64,000 nucleotides of DNA. Source: Epiperipatus broadwayi. Taxonomy: Eukaryota > Animalia > Onychophora. Below are positions 52,273 to 64,000 of the stretch, one piece after another (position 1 is the stretch's first letter; every line of letters begins with the position of its first letter). The position numbers and the translations under genes were made by a program. The DNA lies in NCBI GenBank assembly GCA_028023455.1, contig JAQFVV010000005.1, positions 10,912,001-10,976,000 of the forward strand. Reading direction: 5' to 3'. A model generated the notes under the pieces. The model was not told the origin of the DNA and made no database searches. It was given only the letters and a program-made list of their open reading frames with translations.

Positions 52273-55200
52273 TAATACATTTCAAATAAAGTTTCAATTC
52301 ATACTTATATTTGAAAATATATTAATCATTTGAATATAAATCTAGACTGCAATCAGAGTAATGTACATCTTTAATTCCATTGGCTCTGCGATGAGACAAT
52401 TTATTTTATATTAATCAAATACAATATATATCATTAATAATTTTTATTAATCATTGGATTAGACTAGATATTATTTATTTAGTGAATAATATTTCTGTGG
52501 TGCATGAGAGTGGTGTAGTGAAAATTACATTACAGAAATATAAATGTCATCACACATTATAATATACATCATGCACGTTTTAATTTGCTTCTCAAATTTT
52601 AAAACATATATTTATACTGCTTATATTTTGAATTTTTTGCCAATTGTAATTGAATTAAATAAATTACTTATAAAACTGAATAAAATGTTATTTTAAAAAA
52701 TTAAATATACACATGATTGTGAATATTTAAAAAAATAAAATAAAAAAATCCAAATTCGTAAATAAATGATATTGGAAAACGTTCAAAATTTGTAATGTTG
52801 TTGTACGAATTGAATATGTCCTTTATATTACAACTTTTTTAAAAAGCGGTTTTGATCGTAATTACTTTCTATTGTGTTTATATGTGATATAAAAAAGATC
52901 TGCACAATATGGTTAAATGTTTTATTAAGAACTTACAGACAACATATATGCAATAACATCTGATATACAGATTGCTTGATAATATTGACTAAGTATAATA
53001 TCTAGCTGCCGTGCAACTATTGAAGCAAGGAACTTCAGGCACCTTTTTAAGTATACTTAACACTTCTAGATGCACTATGGTAGTTTGCCACATGCCATGT
53101 TTAGACTATGAACATGCCTCATTGCTTTTGCAATCAAATAAGGGCAACCAATCGAATATTCTATTGTTGCCTTGACTCTACTTCCAATTGGTCTGCCAAT
53201 TTATTGACACATCTCCTTCCTTAATAAAAGCACTCACTGAGCTTCTTCACCTCTATCATTGGTTATATTTTATCTACAAATATATTTATTGGTCTTTAGT
53301 GCTGATTTAGATGAAAATAAGGTTGCAATCTGGGTAAGTGCATTATATGAAGGTAAGTTGGGCAATAACACTTTCTAATAGAGTTTAAATAGTATTGCTT
53401 AATTAGGGAGTTATTGCATGACTTAATTTCTAATAATGAGCACAATATTTGACTATCTACATGTGCTTCATATTTAGTCTAATAACTTTTTTAAGAACTA
53501 TAAAATAGTAATAAAAAATACTAAGCACATTCACATTGCAAAAATTAAAGATGGACAGGAAATTCTGGGTCCATGTTACTTTCACCTGATGCCAGCATTC
53601 TTTCATGATATCATAGCATAGTTTAAATTGTAAAATGATGAGCAAAACCAACATTTTGACTAATTATATTCTCATCAAAATATTACCTAATATTTACTTA
53701 ACAAAATTATTTCATTTCCATTTTAGAAGATTGTAAATGTGTTTAGTCCAGTCTTTATATACATTTGTTTGTTGCCAGTGAGTTTCAGCCACACTAGTAT
53801 GAAAGTATTCTATTTTATTGTGTAAACTGATATTTTTATATAAATAAAATTGTTTGCTATTCAAATTTCGAAATAACTTTAAGTAAATTTTTTGAAATAG
53901 ACATATTAACTAAATTTGAGCTCCCTGATTGTTCTGAAATTAGAAGAGAAGAAAGTTCAATTTGAATTAAGCATAAAAGAGTAGTACAAAGGTGTTTTAA
54001 TCCTCAAAGTTAAAAGTTCCTGAATTAAATATTTTCCAGTTAAACAACGTGGATGAAAAAATCTGACTAGACTATCATATTTGAGTCTTGGTGTTTCAAC
54101 CATTTCTTGATGTTTTTCTATTCCAGCAAATAATTAACAAGAACAGTCCTAAATATAGTAAATATTAATAGACAATATACTCTATCATTTTTTTAAATAT
54201 TATTCATAGGTCTTATATATAAGTAAAGGCAGAGAAATGACATACATGGTTTTGTTTATTATTAAGTACAGTATTCTAAACTAAATTATTTCTTTCTTTA
54301 TAATTAACTTCCAGTATGTAATAAGTAATTAAATAATTACAGGTAAAAACTGACCAGTATTAGGAATCTATCTTATTCAATCCTGAACATTTCTAGCAAC
54401 TAGTATTTTATCAATCCATCTTGTTTCATTTTTTTAAATCCCTTTTCTAATATTATGGTTTACTTCATGCATCAATTCTTGTCAAAATAGCCGTTTTTGA
54501 TTCGCAATTTGTTATATTAAATCATTATTTAAATAATTTCAGTCAGCTTAAAAGCATTACTGTTCATTTACTTTCCTCCACACAGTCTCCTCCTCATAAA
54601 ATTGTAATCTTTATTTATAATGTCTCATTCAATGTTTATTTATCAATAATATTATTCTTAAGTCTTCTTCATATAACTTCTACTCTAAAATGAATCTGTA
54701 ATCCAAATATCATACACCATTATTTTTATTATTTCCTTCTGGATTTTATCAATTTTTCATTGATAATCATTTGTTGTCAGTAAAAGTTAACCAAATAATG
54801 TTTAATTCTCCTGCTGAGTTTGATCATTCTCAGCTGAATAAACAGAAAGTTCTATTTAGTTTACTTGATTGAATGAAGCTGTTGATCTCAATCTGCAATG
54901 TGAGTATTACAGAATAACTGCCTCTCTCCTCCAAGCAATTGATCATATGATTGTTATAAGTGTGGTTTAAAAGCATCAGAAGCTTTGTTTACTAGCTTTA
55001 ATCCTTAGATCTTTCTTAATGCTGTGATTGTAAATATAAGGTGCTAGAATAAATCATGTTAAGGGGGAAAGATGGTAATGAATAATACACAACAAAAATA
55101 TCCATCATTCAGTCTGAAGACTATGCCCTAAAGTACTGTTTTATAAACATGAAGTGATGTATCATAGAGTGATGAGATAAAGGAATGAATTGTAAAGTCT

Positions 55201-57518
55201 ATTATTATCTGCCTTTGTTTTTGATTACCAGTTTGGTTTTGAAATCTGAGTCTGAAGCACTATCCTATAATTGTAGTAAAGGTAACTGTATGTTGCAACA
55301 AACTTGTGATTTTAGATTATTATTGCTGTTATCAATCATTAATTTATTCTTCAAATTGGTTGTTTGAAGTATTCTTCAGAGATTCAAGTGATAAATAGTG
55401 AATCCTTACAAAAAAAATTCATTATTTATTTACACTAATGCTGAAAACAATTTAGTGTGAAATATGTGTTGTATATCAGAGGCATAAAAATCAAAGAATC
55501 AACTGAAAAGGCATGCTGTTTTGAATGTAGCACAAAAAGTGGATCAATACTTTTTTTCCTTTATATTTTTGACAATATAAAGTATCATCATAGAATTAAT
55601 AGGATTATATAATTTATTTAGATCTATATGTTACTTTCACTTTATTATTCATTAAATAGGCTCTGCTCAGATAAATAACTGTTTCATTTGCAGTTTTAAT
55701 CAACTGATTGTTTTTAAGATTTTTTGTTAGGTTGATTTATTTAAATTCCTGTTCATGAAACTCCATCTTTACTGTCTTGTTCTGCTAATCAGAGAATTAA
55801 AAATTAATAATAGAATCATTGTTAAAAAACCAAATAAAGTTTTTGTTTTTAGTGAACACATAAAACAGTTTCCATTGTGTCTACAATATATTTTTAAACA
55901 GAATTTCATTATATCATTAACATAACATGATAATCCAGAGTTTAACTACTGTTGTAATTTAGCATGAGAAATAATTACTTCTAAATAATAAACATATTTT
56001 TAAACATTGTATTGGAAATACAGCCAGTTTTCTAAAGCAAATGTTCATCTAAATAGTTTTTATATTCAAGTCATAGCTATAATGAAATCCATATAATATC
56101 ATTATTATGAATGTATCCTGTATTTTTGTAGTGACTTTAAGTCAATCTATGTAATGTGCCAAATTTAAAGAGCAGTAGACAATTTGAGTTCACTAGTCAA
56201 TGTGGTGTCCAATAACTTTGAAACAAAGCTCTCTGTTCTTTCTATCACATATCTTAAAGTATCCAAGAAGAAACACTTGCTTTTTTAATAGTACTAGTGT
56301 TACCATGCTCTTCAACAAAAAAAGCTTTCTAAAGTCTGAATTTTTTTAATTTAATGTTACACCATACACATTGTTAAAAAGATTATAGGTATGATTATGC
56401 AAACTAGTTTTTAATATCAGCCTTTTTAATAATCTAAAAATTCAAAAATAAAAAATATGGAGTTAAACTTTAAAACAAATCCAATCACATGTCTTTTTCA
56501 CTCAATATTCAGATTAAAGTCATGAAGAGAGTTTATTTCATTATAAATTTTGATGGCTGTGGGCTGAAACTGCCATTATTCAAGTCTTGAAGAGTTCAAA
56601 TCATGCAAAGTTTGCACATTCCAAGGACTTATATTTAGAAGAAAATTAAAATCTTTGTTATCACCACTATCTCCTTCCCTATTGTTATTATAACAACTCC
56701 CTGTATTTAAACCAGATTCTTTTTTAAGACATAACTTTCTAATTTATATTATTGTAAGGCAAGAAGTATAATTTATTTCAAGTGCAACTTTTGTCCCAAT
56801 ACTATTTCCAATGATTTATATTTATTGAACTGCTTCATGAAAAATCACAAGGGCTACCATGTCTACTACACCTATCTATGATTATTTTATCTTGGCTAAT
56901 AGTTTTATTTTTAAAAAAAAGAATCAGAATTGCTTCACATAGACTTAAAAAAAAATAGAAATGTATTTAAACAAACCTCATTTTCTCTGTTAAATGATCA
57001 ATGACCAGAGAGAGATGATGATGTCCATGTCTACTAACATAAATATTTTTCGATAAAAGGAAAAACATACAAAGAAGCAGAAAAATAATTTTTTAATATT
57101 TAACAAAATTCTAAGAGTTTTCCATTGATTATATTCACAACAGCTACAGACAATTGTATTTCAATAAGTATACAGCAATGTAATAAAAGGTTAAACTATT
57201 TCACAGAATAGAAGCTTCAAACATCAGATACTTACAAAATAAAACATTTCATATTACAAAATCTTACAAAAAATATACATGACGGTAATGTTATATTTAT
57301 ATATTTAATATAATTCTCAATTCAGTATTTACTGAATGTAAATATTAAATGCATACAATTGTTATAATACTATCTAAAACTAGAAACAACTTTTATTTAT
57401 AATTTAAACAATTAGATAAAATGAAAAAATTAATGAATAAAATATCTCATCATTTTGAAATACTGTTTTAAGATTTGAAATACCAGGCTCTCTTATGCCT
57501 GGAGCCTAATTGTAAATA

Positions 57519-57720
57519 TAGGGGATTTAATATAAACTGAGCACTGATTATATATATGTATAGGAGATGGTAATCTGGACAAGTGATGAATGCTGGTTTA
57601 GCATGAAATACGTATATTGGTGATTATTTATTTTTCCTGCATGTATATGGTCATTGGTATCAATAGTATGACATAGTGTGGATAGTGAAGGGGTTTGAAA
57701 GTCTGAGTTCAAATCCCCTA
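57519..57720 (+). mobile_element. Family C hammerhead element, copy 2
   Basis: 10-bp terminal inversion taggggattt/aaatccccta, flanking taaata duplication; GUGAUGA-AUGCU-GGUUU-AGCAU-GAAA-UACGUA-UA-UUGG at 57583-57620 (C3G); B-box GTTCAAATC at 57707-57715. Confidence 0.78.
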
Positions 57721-59340
57721 TAAATACTGTTTTATCAAATTAAATATTTGCATATACTTAATGAAGTGCATTTTTCTTTTAATTGTAGTATAATACAAAC
57801 TTAAAAAGAAAATGCTGTATGAACAGCTTATACACAAAAATAGTATTATGGATGGATTAAATATAGATGAACATAAATTTTATTGCAAATAAAAGTAAAC
57901 AAGTCTTGATATGTATCTCTGGATAACATGATTATTTGCAATTATGTTAAATCTTTATCCTGGACTCTCAATTGTGAATTTAACTATTCTAATTTAAACA
58001 TTATACACTTATACAATTACTTATGCTCAAACAATTTATATTCAGTTATATATGATGACTGAATTGTAATAAGCAAACATTGTTAAGTATTCTCTAGAAT
58101 TTGTTATGATATTGTTTTACAGTAAGTATTCTTAAATGTGCTTTTTATAATTACGATTTTAATGAATATTGGACTATTAAATTATTCAATTATGATAACT
58201 ATTTACACAAAAATGTTTAATGAAATTTCTGGATTAGCATAATTTGTGAATGTGTTTTATTCATTTCTGTTTTTCATTCTAATTAGGTATTCTGAAATCT
58301 TTTACTTCCTACTTCAATTTCTGAATGATACACAGTCAGTCACATTGAAATTACTATGCCTTCATTTTATTAATCATGTTTACAATAGCTTTTCTAATGA
58401 TAGTATGATTCTAACTGCCACAAACAGTGCTTTTTGCAATGGGAGGTTCAAAACCTAAAGGTGTTTTGATAACTGAGGAAAGGAAATTGAAAAAAAGTTT
58501 TGAATTCAATAGGATTCTTATTCTGACCTGGTGTTTGTCTTTGTCAATGAGGAGTTGAGAGTGAAAGTATGAATCAATAGCTTTATGTCTCTAGAGTCCA
58601 TCTTTAACTTCTTTTTATTTCTAAAGTTTTAACTTTAAATTCAAAAAAGGCTTTGATACTAATAAGAAGTCCAATAATATATAAATAAAAAATATAAAAT
58701 TAATTAAAATAGCTTTATATAAAAAGAAAAATAATATGAATAATTTATTTAATTACAAAAAAATAAAAATAAGTTTCAATAATATATATATATCTTGATT
58801 GTTGATGAAGTAATATAAAAACAATTAGAATGGCACAAGCAAAAATAAATTTAAAATAAACCTTAAACATATAAATAAATGATAGGAATTATATATTTAC
58901 ATTCTAAAAATAAACATTTTATATACTTAAATGATTAAAAAAAAAACTTATTTTATATTAGAAAATTTATTTTATACTAAATGATTAAAAATATAAAAAA
59001 AATATATAAATTGCAGAAAAACATTATATTGATAAACTAGAATATATTCTTAATAAAAACATTTTTATGCTAAAGAAAGAATTAAATTTTGTTTTCAATT
59101 TAATTTAAGAATCTATCATAATAATAAAATAATTAGAATAAATTAGAAAGCAGTTAAAGATAAGATAATCTGTATAAATAGATTTATAAAATATCAATAT
59201 TTTTGTGAAATAATGAATTAAATGATAAATTTTAAAGAGTTTGTTCTTCCATCTATAAAATATATATTTTTTTTATATTTGTGCATTTATATTAAATAAA
59301 TAAGTAACAGATTTTATGTTAAATAAATTTATTGAATGGT

Positions 59341-59439
59341 TTTTTTTTCATGTGTCATAGCATCAACCGGGAAGCGAACCTGCTAACCTGGGACAACTGC
59401 TTGTAAAGCAGCTATCGCTGACCTCTCGACCACCAATGC
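59341..59439 (-). mobile_element. tRNA-derived short SINE, copy 2
   Basis: A-box-like TGGTCGAGAGG, anticodon-like stem GCTGC/GCAGT, GGTTCG B-box, 7-bp acceptor-like stem with G-U pairs, A tail. Confidence 0.68.
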
Positions 59440-59880
59440 ATGACAATTTTCAACCATTATCAATCAGCTGCAGAATAAAAGTTTCTCCAAATTTAATCCA
59501 TATTCATTCTTCTCCATCTTATACCTGCAAATGTATTTATTTCATTTATTCATGTTTCATGTAAACTCTTTTTAGTTTCTTACAATCTCTTGAAATCCAA
59601 TTTAAAACATTAATTATCCATTATCTCTTCTAATAACATGTTCAATCTAATTTCAGTCTCTTAATTCTTTCAATGTTAGTCTGATCTCTCAACCATGTAT
59701 TTCATTTCCAATCTCTTCTCTTATTTCTAACACATGATCTTTTTATACTTTGTTGTGTGGTCTAAAGTCTTTATATTGCTCCTCTTTTATATGTGCAAAT
59801 CTCAGATCCATAATAAGGAAAAACATTTCTTTCCAAACACATAGGTATATTTCCTTTTAGAAAGAGCTCCATTCATTTAA
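59440..59880 (-). mobile_element. RTE LINE 3' fragment
   Basis: Reverse complement aligns with ~34800-35260. Confidence 0.8.
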
Positions 59881-59913
59881 TTACTTGATTAATTTCATCT
59901 GTTTCATCTATAT

Positions 59914-62885
59914 CAAGATTTTCCAAAGTGGTCAATATCAACCCCCTGGGGTCAATTTGAACTTTGTAGGAGTCTATAGTTTCAATAAAAAAAGTTGGGG
60001 GTCAGCAACATCAAAAATAGACCCCCTTACTACTCCTAATATGTTCATTACTTCAAAGTATCTATGATTCCAATAGGTACCTAATTAAGAAATAAAATAA
60101 TTCAAAAAAACACTTTTTTGATAAAAACACATTACATACTAAACTTGCGAACAAAAAGGTAAAATGTGTCATTAAAAGAGTCACATATAATCCATGAAAA
60201 TATTTGTAGCACAAACATGTCTGTGCATTGTTTTATCAAAGCAAGTGTGGACATCAAAAACCATTGCATGTCCACACTCACTCATGGTTTAGCAGAATCT
60301 GCCAGTCTTGTATGTTCATGCTTTTATGAAACCCTATAAATTGGTTTGTTTGATGTGACATATACTTATTTGTGATTTGAACTTTGAATATAATTATTAT
60401 TGAGGAGCAGTATTATAAAAAAAAAATCAGAGGACACAGTTTATTTATTTGAGTTTGAACAAAAATCTTCTGTTTCAAGTAAGTACGTATTTTGTTTTTT
60501 TTTTACCACAGAGGCTGTCAAAATTGTTCGATAATAAAAGTTTTAGTTGTTATGGTCATATGATTGACCCAAAAAATATATAGATGATACAGCTTGAACT
60601 ATTTGAAGCTAGGATTTGTCCCATTATTATCAACCAAACATTTACTAATGTGTCTCATATGCGAAAGTCTTTAGCAATGATGCTATGAAACCATCAAAAC
60701 TAGCAGATCACTTGAACAGAATTCATGCTGACAAAAATGTAAAAGATTTGTTATAATTTCAATCACTTAAAGATAAAATTCTGAAGAAAATTACAATAGT
60801 TAATATGTTTGTTTCATCATCGAAGCAAAATGATAAAAGGCATCGTACAACATATCCTTACTCATCACGAAGTCTGGAAAGCTGCATACCATAGGGAGAA
60901 ACTGATTCTATCAGCTGTCACTGAGGTATTAAATACTGTACTCCACAAACCTGCACAAGATGTTATAAAAAGGATTCCTTTGAGCAATAACAATTCAAAG
61001 ATGTATTGACAAAACGAGTCATGCTGTGAAAAACTTTGTATAATCATTTGCAAAAAAACCTTTTTCCTCCATTTGGATGAGTCAACATTACCCGGTAATG
61101 AAGCTTTATTGTTGGCATATATTCACTTTATTCAAGATCAGGAAGTGAATAGGGCTGCTTTTTGCTAGAACTTTAGAAACTGACACCAAAGGCAGATCGA
61201 TTTTTAATTTAATGGAGCTATTTTTCAGGGAAAAAGTGATTCCATTGACAAATACAATATCTGTTGCAACAGATGAATCACCAGCTATCATTGGTTATCA
61301 TGGTTTGAAACAACATGTACCTGAAGTTCTTGCAGTTCACTGCATAATCCATAGGCAACATTTAATAGCCAAGAATCTTAGTGACACATTGCATTAATCA
61401 CTTTAGTTTGTTTATAACAGCTGTGAACAAAATTCGAAGTAACACTTTGTACACTAGACTGTTCACTCAATTATGCAAGGAAAGTGATGAAGATTTCTAT
61501 CGATTGGTCCCCCATACCAAAGTCTGCTGTTTTTCAAAAGGTTTATGTTTGGCAAGATTTTGTGCATTTTTTAAATCTGTTTTAGAATTTTTGGAAGATT
61601 AGGATTCCAGTTTGAAAGAAAATTTATTTAAGAATAAAACAGATATTGTTTATTTAAATGACTTATTTGGCAAATTTAATGATGTTTATTTACAATTGCA
61701 AGAAGACAATTTGAATCTCATCAAAGCAAAATCAGTCATATCAGCTTTTGTTGCCAGATTAAGGTTTTTTAAAACAAAATATTGCAAGATCTGAGCTTTC
61801 CCAGTTCTCCAACTTATTTATGATAGACACAATCCAAAAGAAAACATCTTGCTGTACATCAACCACTTGGAGGCTCTTCACTTAGATTTCAAAACTAGGT
61901 TTGAATATATTCTATCATTGGAAGTACCAGATTGATTAATAAATCCATACACTACTAGTGCAGAACCAAATATGGTTTTGTAAGATGAGCTGATAACTAT
62001 TAGCATGAATAAGGATCTCAGGGTACAATTCAAACAGGGTTAGAAAAAGTTTTGACTGCTGCAAGTTCTGTATCCAACTCTATGGACTGTTGTACACATT
62101 TTTTTACTGGCACTTCCATCATTGTAACTGGTAGAGAGAGGCTTCAGTGTAGTTTTAAACCTGCTTCAGAACAGTCATTGATTGCTTATCACCAAATGTG
62201 TAGATTGGAGAATACAACTCACTAATTTAAAACTGGACATAAATTATTGACTGATCACCAGGTGCATCCATCTCATTAAATTCAGTTTTCTAAGCTAATT
62301 TATTTGGTATTTTCTATAATTCTGATTAAAATCTTTCATTGTTGTTTAATTCTGTCTGAATATATTGATTTTTTCACTTCATTTTTATGTTTAATAAACA
62401 AAGCAAAATTCTCCATACAGTAGTGCCAACCAGAGTAATCAATGGGTGGCACAGGGTGGCACTACTGTATGGAGAGTTTTGCTTGTTTAATTACAATTAT
62501 GTGCTAGTATAAGAGATAGTATCATGTGATGTTTAATAAAGTGATTTCAATATTTGTACTTATTTTGAATTTACAGATTTATTTCAGAAATATCACTAAT
62601 TTAAAAAAAACTTTACTCGTACGTTTTTGCTTTAATTTTCATTAATGCAGTTTTTGATATTAAATGTTGGACAAGATAACGCCATATTTCATAGCACTTT
62701 TATCCTTTTCAGTCATTAATTACAAGTGATTAAAATTAAAAGTTTGATATCTAGTGAAATATTTAATATCAAGTATTGTACAAATTTATTAATTTGAGTA
62801 AGTAAAGTAAATGACTAGGGGGTCAATGGTTTTAAAAGTTTTTGGTTAAGGGTTCTGCAACCAAAAAAAAGTTTGGGCACTCTTG
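59914..62885 (+). mobile_element. hAT DNA transposon fossil, Buster/ZBED5-like transposase
   Basis: TIRs caagattttccaaagt / agtttgggcactcttg; TSD atctatat/atttatat (7/8); MCLICE, MKPSKLADHL, IPLSNN, LDESTL, ATDESPA, HCIIHRQHL. Confidence 0.93.
62399..62528 (+). mobile_element. Family A derivative, centre deleted, inserted in the hAT
   Basis: Perfect 12-bp TSD atgtttaataaa (62387-62398, 62529-62540); hairpin arms; tail tatcatgtg. Confidence 0.85.
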
Positions 62886-63232
62886 ATTTATATTAATAAA
62901 TCTGACAAATATGTAGTTAACTTTTATTTTCAGAAAATCCATTGACCAAAATTTTTAGAATATATCTTTAGTTCTCTTTTCTTATTTTCATCTAATAGTT
63001 CTTTCAACATTTTCTGAAACTCTAAAGCATTATTTAATTCTATAGCACTCATTGACTTTGAGTTCAGATGAAAAGATATAAATTAGTAAACATAAACTAA
63101 TTAATTGGACTGGGCCAGCTTTCAGCAAAACACTGTCAGAATCAGTGCTGAACAAAGTTCTGCAGTACAGATAAGCTTATATAATTGATATGTTATAATA
63201 TATAAATGAGGCACAATTTGCAAATAAGACTA

Positions 63233-63860
63233 TTAGATATTCCATTTTTCAGTTAATGAAAAACATGAATTCTTTTTGTTGATATAATGTAGATCCTTTG
63301 CAATTGCCCAAGCCTCTTTGTACTTTCTTTTCCTATTGTCTCTATCCAAGCACATTTTTCTAACACTTGATTGAGAAAATGTGTAACTCAAGACGCATTC
63401 ATAATCCAGATAGATCGATCTGTATTCAGTCTTTTGTTTAGCTCTATTATACAATTATGCATGTTGAGAATTTCTCATAGATCTATTTGCATGAGATTCC
63501 CCATAATAATCAGAGCTGTAAGGCAAGGTTAGTACATGCATATTTATAGACCACCAGAGGTGCATGTTCTACAGGTATCTTGTCTTTAGTATTGTTCAGC
63601 AAATTATTAAGAGATGGCAGTGATCTAAAGCTAATCCTGTACATGTTAGTGCAAATGTTCCTAAGGTTATTTGAAATGTATGAGACATAAAGAAGGCTTG
63701 GCCATGCTTTAGGTATATTATTAATGTTTTTAATTTTGTTTACATTGATGTAAAATTTCCCAACTATTTTAATAAGTATGTTAATATTATAACCAAGCAC
63801 TATTAGACCATTAATGTATGCATCTATGTTTCTTTTTCTATTTGCCTCAGCACTTGCATA
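63233..63860 (-). mobile_element. Penelope-like element remnant (RT C-terminal linker + GIY-YIG endonuclease)
   Basis: LLYVSYISNNL..TKDKIP..VVYKYAC, DYYGES across a frameshift, RKRKYKEAWAI..INK..W. Confidence 0.8.
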
Positions 63861-64000
63861 GATTTTTGTTTTTATTTATAAATATAACCATATTATCTGC
63901 AAATTTTAAGTGACTTACATAAACTGCATTTACTTTTACTCCCTTAACTTCTGACTTTAGTCCACAAAACACTTGCAAAACTGATGTAAAATTTTGGATA

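Noticed and set aside
56000-56900. Possible decayed DDE (Merlin-like) transposase on the minus strand
   Set aside because: Only vague word matches (GYIH, WFKYRE); no catalytic motif or TIR could be fixed.
2730-58458. Remaining short ORFs in the supplied track
   Set aside because: Low-complexity F/I/L/Y/K composition typical of random ORFs in AT-rich DNA; no domain recognised.
59341-59439. Functional tRNA gene
   Set aside because: T-stem mispairs, extra tail and a diverged paralog at 4965 fit a SINE better.
1-64000. CRISPR array, rRNA, spliceosomal snRNA, prokaryotic operon
   Set aside because: No regularly spaced repeat-spacer array or recognisable signature; content is eukaryotic repeat DNA.

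Overview
Very AT-rich, repeat-dense animal genomic DNA, probably an arthropod; this is inferred from the TE repertoire and the C2H2 finger style. I found no intact host protein-coding gene, CRISPR array or rRNA. Most of the window is nested, decayed mobile DNA: RTE LINEs (best copy 33898-35277, 13-bp TSD), a second APE+RT LINE family, two hAT fossils, a pol-deleted Gypsy-type LTR element (48598-52272, TAATA TSD), solo-LTR-like pieces, a tRNA-derived SINE pair and a Penelope-type GIY-YIG remnant. It also holds decayed C2H2 zinc-finger arrays on the minus strand and a few locally CpG-rich promoter-like patches. The most notable signal is ten minimal type-I hammerhead-ribozyme motifs from four distinct sequence families, read by eye. 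Most sit in short ORF-less fold-back elements, several with 12-17 bp target-site duplications. Family A seems to have spread as a fixed ~520-bp unit with one hammerhead on each strand. Penelope-associated minimal hammerheads are a known class; the fixed ambisense units and a hammerhead+B-box element are the parts worth testing. Every ribozyme copy has at least one deviation from consensus, so activity is unproven. Boundaries of decayed elements are approximate.
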